Below, in pieces: positions 62,130-62,403 of a stretch of 62,403 nucleotides of DNA. How positions within the stretch are numbered: position 1 is the first letter of the stretch; every line of letters starts with the position of its first letter. Location of the stretch: NCBI RefSeq assembly GCF_004010195.1, contig NC_057718.1, positions 26,663,688 to 26,726,090 on the forward strand, written 5' to 3'. The position numbers and the translations under genes were made by a program. The notes beneath the pieces were generated by a model, which saw only the letters and a list, made by a program, of their open reading frames with translations, had not been told where the DNA came from and made no database searches. This DNA comes from Chiloscyllium plagiosum (lineage: Eukaryota).

Positions 62130-62403
62130 TCACGGTGTTTTCCGGCTGGTGAGGAAGTCAAAATTTAGAAAACATCGGTTTACATTTAGAGGGTAAGGAT
62201 TTAAAAGGGACGTCAGGGGCAACTTTTTCAGTCGTGTCCAGAATGAGCTGCCAGAGAAATTGTTGTAGACTGGTACAACTGTAACATTTAATGGCATCTG
62301 GATGGATATAGAGTAACAAGGTTTTGAGGGATGTGGGCCAAATGTTGGCAAATGGGACCTATTAATTTAGGATAACTGTCCACCATGGTCAAGTTGGAAA
62401 GAA
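62130..62403 (+). mobile_element. CR1/HER1-like 3' end (runs off the window)
   Basis: ggatttaaaagggacgtcaggggcaactttttc...gagggatgtgggccaaatg. Confidence 0.85.

Overview
This is AT-rich, repeat-dense vertebrate genomic DNA, almost certainly from a shark. It carries HE1-type SINEs, CR1/HER1-like LINEs and DeuSINE-like repeats. The window lies inside one minus-strand gene that I identify as CLIP4. Five internal coding exons (47175-47255, 43848-43997, 37378-37521, 29292-29415, 14890-14954; 564 nt) have canonical AG/GT ends and compatible phases. They splice into one open frame containing a complete CAP-Gly domain (GKNDG motif). No further exons were found, so the gene extends past both ends of the window. 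The introns hold CR1 and L2 LINE fragments, seven HE1 SINE copies, Gypsy LTR relics (one with a perfect tRNA-Pro PBS, one with Gmr1-like IN-before-RT order, and a solo LTR), a cluster of decayed Harbinger transposase and Myb/SANT genes, and a decayed tRNA-Leu-like copy. The most interesting signal is a set of short Penelope-like terminal fragments carrying minimal type I hammerhead ribozyme motifs, several bounded by 11-19 bp target-site duplications. Two have intact catalytic cores on the CLIP4 sense strand. I see no convincing wholly new system. Repeat boundaries are approximate, and family assignments come from motif recognition, not database searches.
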